A DNA stretch of 64,000 nucleotides, from contig JBDKVB010000073.1 in the NCBI GenBank assembly GCA_039679385.1, positions 17,539 to 81,538 of the forward strand, written 5' to 3'. Both the position numbers and the translations under genes were made by a program. Source of the stretch: Armatimonadia bacterium (GTDB lineage: Bacteria; Armatimonadota; Zipacnadia; Zipacnadales; JABUFB01). Position 1 is the first letter of the stretch. Each line of letters starts with the position of its first letter. The notes under the pieces are model-generated. The model did not search any database, was not told the origin of the DNA, and saw nothing but the letters and a program-made list of their open reading frames with translations. Positions 28,952 to 38,675 of this stretch are shown here, one piece after another.

Positions 28952-30259
28952 CTACTGCGTCGGCGCCGTAACCGTGGTAACCCACACCGGTGCCGACCAC
29001 ATCATCTGTCCGTCCGTCTGCGTGACACGCACGAAGTAGAAGTGGTTGCCGGGCTGGGGATCGGCGAGAGTCTGCCACCGATACTCAGTGGCCTTCGGCT
29101 CCGCCGTCTGAACCACCGCTCCGTCTTCATACAGCTCGATCTTCGCGATAGTGTCCTGCGCGTCCGGATCGGACACGAGAACCTCAGCGCGCACCTGCAG
29201 GGCCGGCTGCTCGATGATGTCGCCCATCTGAGTGCCATTGATCCAGAAGAACAGCTTGCAGTTGCGGTCATGGGTCGAGTAGGTGTGCCGGCTCTTGAGG
29301 GCATCCCAGAGGTTCCGCTGCGACTTGCCCGGCGCGATCACTCCAGTCCAGGTGTTCGTGTTGCCCCAGTTCGGCGAGTGGGTGTCGGAGGACCCATCGG
29401 CCGACAGGTGCCACCCGAGCTGCAGTGCGCGGATGTAAGCCGCCTCCTCGTTGGCGTTGCGAACCTCCATCAGTTCGACAGCCTTGTCGCCGACCTCTGA
29501 GTAGGCGAGCCCGTCGAACACACGCTTCCCGTCACCGGGGTGGTTGATCTTGCAGAAGATGCCGGCATCGACGACAGCCTGGAAGAACCCGTCCTTGTCT
29601 TTGGGCCACACGCGGGTCGGCGGATCATACAGGCAGGCGTGCCCAAGGCCCTTGGTCCACTCGAGACCCGGGAAGCAGGCGAACTTGCCGTCCTCGTTGG
29701 CTTTCCAGGCCTGCTGACGGTAGTCTGCCCACTCGGCCTCGTCCATGGACTCCAGGTGGTCCATGAGCACGAAGAAGTCGAGCTTGGCGGTCTCGCGCGC
29801 GTACTTGTGGGCGTCGGCCGGCAGCAGCGTTCCATCGGAGTAGTAGGTGTGCCCGTGGAAGTCGCCGATGTAGGCGCTGTAGCCGTTCTGGAGCTCGACC
29901 TTCACCGACTGGGACAGCTTCTTGACGCTAGCGGTGCGGCCAAAGACCTGTAGCGTTGCGAGGCCGTTGGCGGACAGACTGGTATTGATCTTGCAGGTCC
30001 ACTCGTTGGTCTTCTCGACCCGTGACATCGGGTACCAGGGCGCTGCGTTGAAGCCTACGTAGAGCGCAGAGGCGGACTCGGTGTCGGGCGTAACACGGGC
30101 CCGCACCTCGATGACGCCCTCCAGCACTGCGTCGGCCGCGGGCTGCAGAATCTCAATGGCCGGCTTCGCCGGCGCGTCGGCGCACCAGGCCGGAGCAGCC
30201 AGCGCCATGAACAGGGCAGCGACTACCAGTGCTATGCATGATCTGTGGGTGAAAGACAA
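28952..30259 (-). CDS. secreted PHP-domain metal-dependent phosphoesterase
   Basis: PHP motif GDFHGHTYYSDG. The signal peptide (SFTHRSCIALVVAALFMALAAPAWCADA) begins at a TTG at 30259, 6 nt after a GGGAGGT SD. No in-frame ATG precedes the signal peptide. Confidence 0.7.
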   Translation of the reverse strand: MSFTHRSCIALVVAALFMALAAPAWCADAPAKPAIEILQPAADAVLEGVIEVRARVTPDTESASALYVGFNAAPWYPMSRVEKTNEWTCKINTSLSANGLATLQVFGRTASVKKLSQSVKVELQNGYSAYIGDFHGHTYYSDGTLLPADAHKYARETAKLDFFVLMDHLESMDEAEWADYRQQAWKANEDGKFACFPGLEWTKGLGHACLYDPPTRVWPKDKDGFFQAVVDAGIFCKINHPGDGKRVFDGLAYSEVGDKAVELMEVRNANEEAAYIRALQLGWHLSADGSSDTHSPNWGNTNTWTGVIAPGKSQRNLWDALKSRHTYSTHDRNCKLFFWINGTQMGDIIEQPALQVRAEVLVSDPDAQDTIAKIELYEDGAVVQTAEPKATEYRWQTLADPQPGNHFYFVRVTQTDGQMMWSAPVWVTTVTAPTQ

Positions 30260-30465
30260 GTCTCGTACCTCCCTATCTGATTGGCTACTGCACAGACTGC
30301 AGCAGCCCCATCTTTGCGACCTGTGAAGCACCTTGAGCACGCCATGGTTCTTTCGCCACAAGGAGAGATCCCCCTCCGTACATGACGAGTGTTAACGCAA
30401 CCTTAGTGTGCACAAGGCGAACCGGTCGGGAGACACGCGGTAAGGGTAGCACCTCCCGGCTCACC

Positions 30466-30494
30466 TTCACACTCCTTGCGGGTTATGCTATACT
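30466..30494 (+). promoter_or_regulatory. sigma70-like promoter TTCACA-17-TATACT upstream of thrS
   Basis: -35 at 30466-30471, 17-nt spacer, -10 TATACT at 30489-30494, followed by an approximately 170-nt GC-rich leader. Confidence 0.35.
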
Positions 30495-30664
30495 CCCTTC
30501 GGTTCGCCGATCGATATAGACGAGGAGAGCGGCACCCGCCAAGCCGTGCCAGATAGGCGCGGTTTTTGCGTATGTTGAGCCCGAGGGCCGGGCGAAGGGC
30601 CTAGCCCGCCGCAAAGCCCGCCGCCGCTGCGAGCCCAACACACTCACAGAAGGAGGTAGTCCCG

Positions 30665-32584
30665 ATGAGCGCTATACGATTAACGCTGCCGGATGGCTCA
30701 GAAAAGCAGGTGGAACGCGGGACTACTGTCCTGCAGGTCGCCGAACAGATCGGCAAGCGTCTGGCCCAGGCTGCGGTTGCCGGCAAGCTCGATGGGAAGC
30801 TGGTGGACCTCAGCACCCCAATCGAGCAGGACGCGCAGTTCGCGGTCATCACCTTCGACAGCCCTGAGGGTCCTGATGTGTACTGGCACTCGGCAGCTCA
30901 CGTCATGGCAGATGCCGTCGTACGCCTCTTCCCGAAGACGAAGCTCACCATCGGCCCACCGGTCGACGAGGGCTTTTACTACGATTTCGATACCGACGTC
31001 ACCTTCAGCGACGACGATCTTGCGCGCATTGAAGAGGAAATGGGCAAGATCATCGCCGCCGACGCTGCCTTCGAGCGCCGCGAAGTAAGCGCTGCAGAAG
31101 CCCGCGAGGCCTTCAAGGACAACCCGTACAAGCTGGAGATCGTCGACGAGATCGAGGCCGCCGGGGACCAGAAGATCAGCCTCTATCGGCACGGCGGCTT
31201 TGTCGACCTGTGCCGTGGACCCCACCTTCCCAGCACGGGTCGTATCAAGGCCTTCAAGCTCACCTCCGTGGCAGGCGCCTACTGGCACGGCGACGAGCAC
31301 AACCCCATGCTCCAGCGCATCTACGGGACAGCGTATCCGGACAGGAAGCTCCTGGACGAGCACATGCACCGGATTGAGGAGGCCAAGCGGCGCGACCACC
31401 GCAAGCTCGGTGCCGAGCTGGACCTCTTCAGCTTCCACCAGGAAGCCGGAGCAGGCCTGGTCTACTATCACCCGAAAGGCGCGATGCTGCGTCAGACCGT
31501 TCTGGACTTCAGCATCAAGGAGCATCTGAAGCGCGGCTACGACCTGGTACGCACGCCGCATCTGATCAAGAGCGATATCTGGTACACCTCCGGCCATCGG
31601 CAGCAGGGGTACCCGATGTACTTCACGGAGATCGACGGGCAGGAGTACGGCGTCAAGCCCATGAACTGCCCGGGGCACATTCTCATCTTCAAGACACGCA
31701 CACGCAGCTACCGTGACTTGCCCATCCGCTACTTCGAGCTTGGCACAGTCTACCGCCACGAGCGGGCCGGCGTGCTCCATGGACTCATGCGCGTCCGAGG
31801 CTTCACGCAGGACGATGCGCACATCTTCTGTCGTGAGGACCAGCTCGAGGACGAGCTCACGGGCGTCATCGACTTCGCAGCCTTCATGATGCGCACCTTT
31901 GGCTTCCCGGAGTACAAGGTGTACCTCGCGACGCGTCCCGAGAAGTCCGTGGGATCGGATGCGCAATGGGAACTCGCGACCTCCAAACTCGTGGAGGCAC
32001 TGGAAGCCAACCATCTTCCCTACGAGGAGGATCCGGGTGGCGGCGCCTTCTATGGTCCGAAGATCGATGTGAAGGTCAAGGACGCCATCGGCCGCCTCTG
32101 GCAGTGTCCGACGATCCAGTGTGACTTCACTCAGCCAGAGCGCTTCGACATTACCTATGTGGGCGAGGATGGTCAGCCGCACCGCCCGGTCATGGTTCAC
32201 CGCGTCGTGCTGGCCGGCATCGAGCGCTTCCTGGGGGTACTGATCGAGAACTACGCCGGTGCCTTCCCCGTCTGGTTGGCACCCGTGCAGGTGAGCGTGC
32301 TTCCTATCACCGACCGGAACCTCCCCTATGCGGAGAAGGTTGTGGCACGACTGATCGACGATGGCGTACGTGTGGAGATCGACCGCTTTGGCGGAACCCT
32401 CGGCAACAAGATCAGGCAGGCGCAGACCCAGAAAGTGCCCTTCATGTTTGTCGTGGGTGACAAGGAGGAGGCCGCGGAAGCGGTCGCCGTCAGGTCACGC
32501 GACAAGGGCGACCTCGGGCCGATGCCCCTCGACGACGCAGTGAACGCGGTCAAGAAGCTGGATGTGCCCGGCGCGACCGGATAG
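30665..32584 (+). CDS. thrS: threonyl-tRNA synthetase
   Basis: TGS N-terminus (MSAIRLTLPDGSEKQVERGTTVLQVAEQIG), editing-domain HxxxH, class II core (FRHE, GFTQDDAHIFC) and anticodon-binding C-terminus. Confidence 0.95.
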   Translation: MSAIRLTLPDGSEKQVERGTTVLQVAEQIGKRLAQAAVAGKLDGKLVDLSTPIEQDAQFAVITFDSPEGPDVYWHSAAHVMADAVVRLFPKTKLTIGPPVDEGFYYDFDTDVTFSDDDLARIEEEMGKIIAADAAFERREVSAAEAREAFKDNPYKLEIVDEIEAAGDQKISLYRHGGFVDLCRGPHLPSTGRIKAFKLTSVAGAYWHGDEHNPMLQRIYGTAYPDRKLLDEHMHRIEEAKRRDHRKLGAELDLFSFHQEAGAGLVYYHPKGAMLRQTVLDFSIKEHLKRGYDLVRTPHLIKSDIWYTSGHRQQGYPMYFTEIDGQEYGVKPMNCPGHILIFKTRTRSYRDLPIRYFELGTVYRHERAGVLHGLMRVRGFTQDDAHIFCREDQLEDELTGVIDFAAFMMRTFGFPEYKVYLATRPEKSVGSDAQWELATSKLVEALEANHLPYEEDPGGGAFYGPKIDVKVKDAIGRLWQCPTIQCDFTQPERFDITYVGEDGQPHRPVMVHRVVLAGIERFLGVLIENYAGAFPVWLAPVQVSVLPITDRNLPYAEKVVARLIDDGVRVEIDRFGGTLGNKIRQAQTQKVPFMFVVGDKEEAAEAVAVRSRDKGDLGPMPLDDAVNAVKKLDVPGATG

Positions 32585-32752
32585 GGCGCCACCACGGAGG
32601 CCACCAGTAGCAATGCTTGACGGTCGTGGGGGGAGGTACTCAGTGCGACGTGTCTGGCGAACCAAGGTACCTTCCCCTGCGCAGGTCGACCGTGGGGACG
32701 CGGGAGCGCGAGGTGGGCGAACTCTCCAGCAACACATACGGGGCCGCCTGGG

Positions 32753-35317
32753 GTGATCGAGACGCACCTGACCAACCAAGTCTGCTGTCTCGCAATGACA
32801 GTGCCCGCCCTGGCGACTCTGCTGCTGGCCGCGTACGCCTGGCGTCGTCGGTCCTGTCCGGGCGCCCCCTCCTTTACCTTGGCGATGATAGCTGCCTCCC
32901 TATGCTCCTTTGCCACTGCCATGGACTACGCCAGTGCCGCTCTGGAAGGCAAGGTCGCCTGGGCGCAGGTGGGCTACATCGGCGCCTCGACAGTCCCCGT
33001 GGCATGGCTGGCCTTCGCCGCACAGTACTCCGGACTGGACCACCTGATCAGTCGTCGGCGACTTGTCCTGCTGCTGATAGTCCCCGCTGTAACCGTCCTC
33101 GTTGCCTTCACCAACGGCGCCCACGGCTTGCTGTGGCGCGAGATCAGAACGGTTGACTACGGCGAGTTCCACACCTGGACCGTCACCCACGGAGCCTGGT
33201 ACCCGGTTCACCTGGCATACAGCTATCTTGCTCTTGCGACCGCCCTCCTTGCGATCGGGCACGCAATCGTGGTCCGACAGGGGGTCTACCGTGCTCAGGC
33301 GGTTCTTGTCTTGGTGGCAGCGGCGATTCCTATGGCCGGAGACTTGGCCTACCTGGTCGGTGCGAGCCCCCTCCCGAGTGAGAACCCTGCCCCCTTTCTC
33401 TTTGCCGCCTCCGGTGCAGCAATCGCCTGGAGCGCCCTTCGCTACCACCTCCTCGACCTGATCCCCATTGCCCGCGATGTCGTTGTCGAGGCGCTCTCAG
33501 ACGCGATCGTTGTACTCGATGAGCATGGGCGCATCGCCGACGCCAACAGCGCAGGGCAGCGCTTGGCCGGGCTACCACTGCACGACCTGATCGGTTGCAC
33601 GGTCTCCACCATCTCACCGGTCCTTGCCAGTCTCCCTGAGCATCTTGGGGATGACCAGCACATGCAGGTCGAGTTTCGTGTGGCCGACGACGGCACGCTG
33701 CACTGCTTCGATCTCCGTATCTCGTCCGTCACTGCGCCGGGAAGGGCCTGTGCCGGGACCGTCCTCCTGCTGTGCGATATAACCGCACAACGCCGGGCCG
33801 AGGATGCCCTGGAGGAGCAGCTCATCAGCTACGAGGACCTGGTGGACAGTGTGCGGGAAGCGGTACTCGTGCAGGATGCTGACGGTATCCTCATCTCCGC
33901 CAGCCGCGGTGTGGAGGAGGTCTTTGGGTTCCCACGCGACGAGTTACTGGGCCGATCTCTCTCAGATCTGATCCCGCAGAACCCCGACGAGAACGTGGCC
34001 CTGACCGACCGGCTGCATTGCGCTCTGGAGGGAGAACCCCAGCGCTTTGAGGCGCGGGGACGACGTTCAGACGGCGAGTCCTTCCCTGCTGCCGTGCGGC
34101 TCTACCGGACTTCGCAGCGAGGTGAAGCCGCGGTTGTGGCCCTTATCTCCGACACCTCGGAGCACCAACGGGCCGAGGAGAGTCAGCGTCTCGCGATAGC
34201 CGGCCAACTCGCCGCAGGCGTCGCTCACGAGTTCAACAACCTCCTCGCTGCTCTCCTTATGCGCGCCGAGCTTGCGGCAAGGTCGTCACACGAGGAGACG
34301 CGCGTCCTCGCGGCGGTTGTCAAGCGGTCCGCTCAGCGCGGGGCCGAGGTCTGCGGCAACCTGCTAGCCTTTGCACGACCGCGACCACCACGACCCACAC
34401 CTTTGCGTGTCGAGACCCCACTCGAGAGTGCCCTCCAGGTTGCACGCCATCAGCTCATGGCCAGTGGCGCTCAAGTAGTCCGTGACTTCCAGACCGGATC
34501 CCAGCAAGTGCTTGCCGATGACGGCCAGCTCGAGCAGGTCTTTCTGAACCTGATACTGAATGCCTGTCATGCCCTGGCAAGCGATAGTGTTCCCCCGGAG
34601 CGGCGGCAGTTGCGGGTCAGTACGCGCCTCGACCAAGGACCGGACGGGTCGAAGGAGGTGGTCGTGTCCGTCACCGACACCGGGGTCGGCATGAGCCCTC
34701 AGAGCCTCCGCAGGGCTTTCGAGCCCTTTTTCACCACCCGTGCATCGACCGACAAGGACATGCCCAAGGGCTCGGGCCTCGGACTGTCTGTCTCCCACGG
34801 CATTATCGCCGCTCACGACGGACACATCGAGCTGCAGAGCCAACTCGGCGAGGGCACGACGGTCGAGGTGCGTCTGCCGGCTGTGGCCTCGGCCCCAGGG
34901 CCACCCTCTGAGCCGGTCGAGGAGGAGACGATTCCCCTGTCAGCGTGTGCACCTGGTGTCGGCAGGGTTCTCGTCGCCGAGGATGAGGAGGAGGTTCGGT
35001 CGCTGATCAGTGAGGTCATCTCTCTATCCGGTTGCCAGACCATGGAGGTCGCCACCACAAGCGAGGCGATCTCAGCCCTTGGCCAACACCGGTTCAGTGC
35101 AGTCGTGTCGGACCTGATGATGCCCGGTGGGGGCGGCGAGGAGATACTGCGGTACTCCCAGACCCTCGACTGCCCGCCACCAGTGATCATCGTTACCGGC
35201 AAGATCGAGGCAGGGCTTGCGAACCAGGTCATGTCTCTCGGAGCTCGACGCCTGCTATCGAAACCTTTCAGCCTGCGGGAGTTGCGTAGCGCGGTTCTCG
35301 AACTGGTCGGCAACTAG
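32753..35317 (+). CDS. 7TM-PAS hybrid sensor histidine kinase with C-terminal receiver
   Basis: N-terminal 7-helix sensor (HisKA_7TM-like), two PAS blocks, HisKA LAAGVAHEFNNLLAALLMRAEL, HATPase_c (GVGMSPQSLRRAFEPFFTTR...GLGLSVSHGII) and REC (VLVAEDEEEVRSLI...AVVSDLMMPGGGG). Start is ambiguous: GTG at 32753 or ATG at 32795. Confidence 0.85.
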   Translation: MIETHLTNQVCCLAMTVPALATLLLAAYAWRRRSCPGAPSFTLAMIAASLCSFATAMDYASAALEGKVAWAQVGYIGASTVPVAWLAFAAQYSGLDHLISRRRLVLLLIVPAVTVLVAFTNGAHGLLWREIRTVDYGEFHTWTVTHGAWYPVHLAYSYLALATALLAIGHAIVVRQGVYRAQAVLVLVAAAIPMAGDLAYLVGASPLPSENPAPFLFAASGAAIAWSALRYHLLDLIPIARDVVVEALSDAIVVLDEHGRIADANSAGQRLAGLPLHDLIGCTVSTISPVLASLPEHLGDDQHMQVEFRVADDGTLHCFDLRISSVTAPGRACAGTVLLLCDITAQRRAEDALEEQLISYEDLVDSVREAVLVQDADGILISASRGVEEVFGFPRDELLGRSLSDLIPQNPDENVALTDRLHCALEGEPQRFEARGRRSDGESFPAAVRLYRTSQRGEAAVVALISDTSEHQRAEESQRLAIAGQLAAGVAHEFNNLLAALLMRAELAARSSHEETRVLAAVVKRSAQRGAEVCGNLLAFARPRPPRPTPLRVETPLESALQVARHQLMASGAQVVRDFQTGSQQVLADDGQLEQVFLNLILNACHALASDSVPPERRQLRVSTRLDQGPDGSKEVVVSVTDTGVGMSPQSLRRAFEPFFTTRASTDKDMPKGSGLGLSVSHGIIAAHDGHIELQSQLGEGTTVEVRLPAVASAPGPPSEPVEEETIPLSACAPGVGRVLVAEDEEEVRSLISEVISLSGCQTMEVATTSEAISALGQHRFSAVVSDLMMPGGGGEEILRYSQTLDCPPPVIIVTGKIEAGLANQVMSLGARRLLSKPFSLRELRSAVLELVGN

Positions 35318-35426
35318 AAGGTGCCTGAGGCGTGGCGACTGGCCACGTCGGAGCACGATAGCCACTGCCCATGTGTACCTATCAGGCGGGACTGTCGTCC
35401 CCCGTCCTCGGGGAGGTCGTACTCGA

Positions 35427-37205
35427 ATGCCCTACACCCCCGGTCGCATCGCCGACCGCAGCGTCGTCATCTACATGCAGGGAGCACTCTGCACACAGCC
35501 GACACAGGTCTTCCAGAGCCCCCATGCCCCGCGCGTCATCCAGCGGTTCCTCAGTCGGCTCATCAAACACGAATCCAATCTGCTTAGTCTCTTCGAGGGG
35601 CTGGAGATCAGTGGACAGCCGGAGGAGATCTGTGAGGGCGCCTTTGCGCTGAACCGCGTCCTTGGGCTGCTGGTCGATTGGAGGCCAGAACAGATCAGGC
35701 TCAAAGCGCCTGACGTTGCTCCCCTGGTACGTGACCCGATGGCCCTGGCACGTCTGGTGGAGCAGCTGTATGACCACTGGCGCGGACTGGAGCGCTACCT
35801 GATCTTCGAGGGCAAGGCCCTTGCCGACCGCGATCGGGCGCTGGAGGGCCATGTCACCTTCATCCACAGCAACCAGGACCTCACTGACCTGGTGCGCGAT
35901 GCCTACCGACGTATCGAGAGCAATCTGCGAGCCCACTGGCCGCGGGTCTACCGCCAGGTGCCTTCCGGCGCCAATATGAGCCTACTCATCGACAACATCG
36001 AGTGGCCCTGCCCGGACGGGCCCTACCAGATGCTCAAGCCCATCCGCATGGTACGGCTCGCCCTGCTCAACCCGCCGGTCGTGCTCTACCCGCGTTCAAA
36101 CCGACGACAGGGTCGCTTTGAGCCGGTCGACTACAACCCGCTGGAACGCGTGATCATCGACCCGGAGAAGTGGCTCTGCATTCCGGTCCGTGTCGGGCAA
36201 CTCACCATGCACGTGTACTTCGACCGGGACTTCCTCAGTCACGCGGTGTCGCTGGTGAACCTCTTCGAGCTGGCTGGTCATGAGGAGGCCCGTCAGAAGC
36301 CCGACGGCATTCTCATCTTCGGAGTAGCCCCGGCTGCCTTGCGGGGCGAGCCGACGGTCTTCTACGAAGACGAGGCCAACGACCTCGTCCTGGGCATCAT
36401 CGCCAAGTCCGAAGAGGTGGACTACTTCGGCTACTTCAAGAAGATGCTGCTCACGATGCACAACGTCATCATGATGCGCCGCGGTCGCCTCCCAATCCAT
36501 GGGGCCATGTGCCACATGGAGTTCAAGAACGGCTCGTGCAGCAATGTGGTGATCGTGGGGGACAGCGGCGCAGGGAAGTCGGAGACTCTTGAGGCCTTCC
36601 GCCTACTGGCTGATGACTGGCTCCGCGAGATGACGACGGTCTTCGACGACATGGGATCGGTCGCACTGACAGAAGAGGGCAAGCTCATCGCCTACGGGAC
36701 GGAGATTGGCGCCTTCGTGCGCCTCGACGATCTCGACATTGGCTATGCCTTCGGCCGTATCGACCGTGCCGTCTTCATGAACCCACATCGCCAGAACGCA
36801 CGGATCGTTATCCCCATCGCCGAGTACGACGACGTAGTCGCCGGTCACCCCGTCGACTTGCTGCTGTACGCCAACAACTACGAGCCGGTCGACGCTGACC
36901 ACCCGACGATCGAGTACTACCCCAGCGCTGAAGCCGCGATCAGTACCTTCCGCCAGGGCTTGCGCGCGAGTAAGGGGACGACCGACGAGAGTGGTCTGGT
37001 CGGCACCTACTTCGGCAACCCCTTCGGGCCGGAGCAACTGCAGGAGCGCCACGAGCCGATCGCTCAGCGGCTCTTCGCGCAGGCCTTTGCCGGTGGCGTG
37101 CGTGTCGGTGTGCTACGGACTCAGCTGGGCATTCCGGGAATGGAGCACGACGGGCCGCTGGCGGCTGCCAGGGAGCTGTTCCGGGAGGTCAGCGGCGGGG
37201 AGTAG
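35427..37205 (+). CDS. large protein with a C-terminal HPr-kinase/phosphorylase-like P-loop domain
   Basis: GGGAGGT SD 8 nt before the ATG at 35427. The C-terminal region HGAMCHMEF...VVIVGDSGAGKSETLEAFRLLADDWL matches the HprK Walker-A (GxSGxGKSE) and the downstream LADD motif. The N-terminal 400 aa have no motif I recognise. The longer ORF from 35217 overlaps the HK and is rejected. Confidence 0.6.
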   Translation: MPYTPGRIADRSVVIYMQGALCTQPTQVFQSPHAPRVIQRFLSRLIKHESNLLSLFEGLEISGQPEEICEGAFALNRVLGLLVDWRPEQIRLKAPDVAPLVRDPMALARLVEQLYDHWRGLERYLIFEGKALADRDRALEGHVTFIHSNQDLTDLVRDAYRRIESNLRAHWPRVYRQVPSGANMSLLIDNIEWPCPDGPYQMLKPIRMVRLALLNPPVVLYPRSNRRQGRFEPVDYNPLERVIIDPEKWLCIPVRVGQLTMHVYFDRDFLSHAVSLVNLFELAGHEEARQKPDGILIFGVAPAALRGEPTVFYEDEANDLVLGIIAKSEEVDYFGYFKKMLLTMHNVIMMRRGRLPIHGAMCHMEFKNGSCSNVVIVGDSGAGKSETLEAFRLLADDWLREMTTVFDDMGSVALTEEGKLIAYGTEIGAFVRLDDLDIGYAFGRIDRAVFMNPHRQNARIVIPIAEYDDVVAGHPVDLLLYANNYEPVDADHPTIEYYPSAEAAISTFRQGLRASKGTTDESGLVGTYFGNPFGPEQLQERHEPIAQRLFAQAFAGGVRVGVLRTQLGIPGMEHDGPLAAARELFREVSGGE

Positions 37206-37353
37206 GCGTTCGCCCTTTTCCAGCACGTCGCCACTCTTCCGAGAGCCGCCCACTCAGGGCGGCTCTTCTGTCCGGCCCGCAAGGTTAGTCGGCGGTGTCT
37301 GGCGAAGAAGTACCTATGCCATACCTTACCGTGCTCACCTGGGGGGCTCGTGT

Positions 37354-38619
37354 GTGGACCAAGTGTCATCTTTTACAGACAATGAGCTAGTGCAGGTGGT
37401 TGTTGTCATCGCACTGACTCTCGTCACGGGCATCACCCGCGAGGAGAAGGCCGCTGCCGAGCATACGACGGCCGTAGCGGGAGTTCGCACCTTCCCTATC
37501 ATCGGCTTGCTCGGCTATGGCCTCACGCTCCTATACCCCGACAACCCACTCCCGGTGACTCTGGGCCTCGCAGGGCTGTGTGGCTTCCTCGTCGCTGCCT
37601 ATGTGCACAAGCTTGGCGAGGGTAAGCACGGCATCACGACTGAGATGGCGGCACTGGCTGCCTATCTGGTCGGAGCCCTGGTGGCGCGCGACCTGATGTG
37701 GATCGCATGCTCCGTCTCGGTCGCGTGCGTGATGCTGCTGCAGTCAAAGACGGAACTGGAGAGCTTCGCCATCCGTCTCGCACCCCACGAACTCGGGACC
37801 TTCGTTCAGTTCCTCCTGCTGTCGGTCGTGATCCTCCCGGTCCTGCCCAACGCGGACTATACGCAGTTTCACATCAACCCCTTCCGCACCTGGGTGATAG
37901 TGGTCGCCGTCAGCGGCATATCCTACGCGGTCTACGTGATGCAGCGCGTCGTGCAAGCGCGCCACAGCCTGCTTCTCACTGCCCTCTTCGGGGGGGCCTA
38001 TTCCAGCACAGTCACTACTGTTGTCATTGCCAAGCGTTCGAAGACGCAGCCCGACCCGTTGCTCTATGCCGGTGCCATAGTCATGGCGTCCGGCGTCATG
38101 TACCTACGTCTGGCGATCTTGCTGTGGATCTTCAGCAGCACGCTCGGATGGACGCTGGGCCCCCGGCTCATAGCCCTGTTTGCAGCAGCAACCCTGGCGG
38201 GCTACCTGCTTACCTGTGTTGGGCGTGGTTGTCGCCGGGCCGCGCCGATGGTGGAGGACACTGATGCCCGCAACCCTCTGGAGATAGGCACCGCCGTCCT
38301 CTTCGCCGCCTTTTTCGTGGGCGTCTCGGTGGTCACGCAGTTGGCGGGGCGGCATCTGGGCAGCGCTGGCGTCTATGCCCTCGCAACGGTCATCGGGATG
38401 GTCGATATCACCCCCTTCGTCTTGAGCTTGACCCAGACTGCGGGGCGATCGACCCCTCTTGCCGTCGCCGCTGTCGCCGTCATCCTTTGCGCAGGCAGCA
38501 ATAACCTGTTGAAGGGTGTCTATGCCCTGGTCTTTGGCGAGCGCCGCGCTGGCATCGCAGCCTTCGTCGGACTGATCGCCCTGGCGGCGGCCAGCTTCCT
38601 GACGCTCATCGGTCTCTGA
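37354..38619 (+). CDS. MgtC/SapB-family membrane protein with DUF4010-like C-terminal extension
   Basis: MgtC-like N-terminus (ITREEKAAAEHTTAVAGVRTFPIIGLLG) followed by about 8 more TM helices. GTG start 8 nt after GGGGGG. The start is uncertain. Confidence 0.55.
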   Translation: MDQVSSFTDNELVQVVVVIALTLVTGITREEKAAAEHTTAVAGVRTFPIIGLLGYGLTLLYPDNPLPVTLGLAGLCGFLVAAYVHKLGEGKHGITTEMAALAAYLVGALVARDLMWIACSVSVACVMLLQSKTELESFAIRLAPHELGTFVQFLLLSVVILPVLPNADYTQFHINPFRTWVIVVAVSGISYAVYVMQRVVQARHSLLLTALFGGAYSSTVTTVVIAKRSKTQPDPLLYAGAIVMASGVMYLRLAILLWIFSSTLGWTLGPRLIALFAAATLAGYLLTCVGRGCRRAAPMVEDTDARNPLEIGTAVLFAAFFVGVSVVTQLAGRHLGSAGVYALATVIGMVDITPFVLSLTQTAGRSTPLAVAAVAVILCAGSNNLLKGVYALVFGERRAGIAAFVGLIALAAASFLTLIGL

Positions 38620-38675
38620 GGCCGCTCTTCCTGGCCTGTTCACACCCATGCCGTTGTCATGCTCTGGAGGTCGTT

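Noticed and set aside
35217-35426. Longer version of the HprK-like ORF starting at 35217
   Set aside because: It would overlap the last 100 nt of the hybrid kinase in another frame. The internal ATG at 35427 has a strong GGGAGGT SD and the preceding peptide is low-complexity.
36991-37353. N-terminal extension of the MgtC/DUF4010 ORF from 36991
   Set aside because: It overlaps the 3' end of the HprK-like gene. The extension is Arg/Ser-rich low-complexity without TM helices. The membrane protein probably starts at GTG 37354 or 37363.
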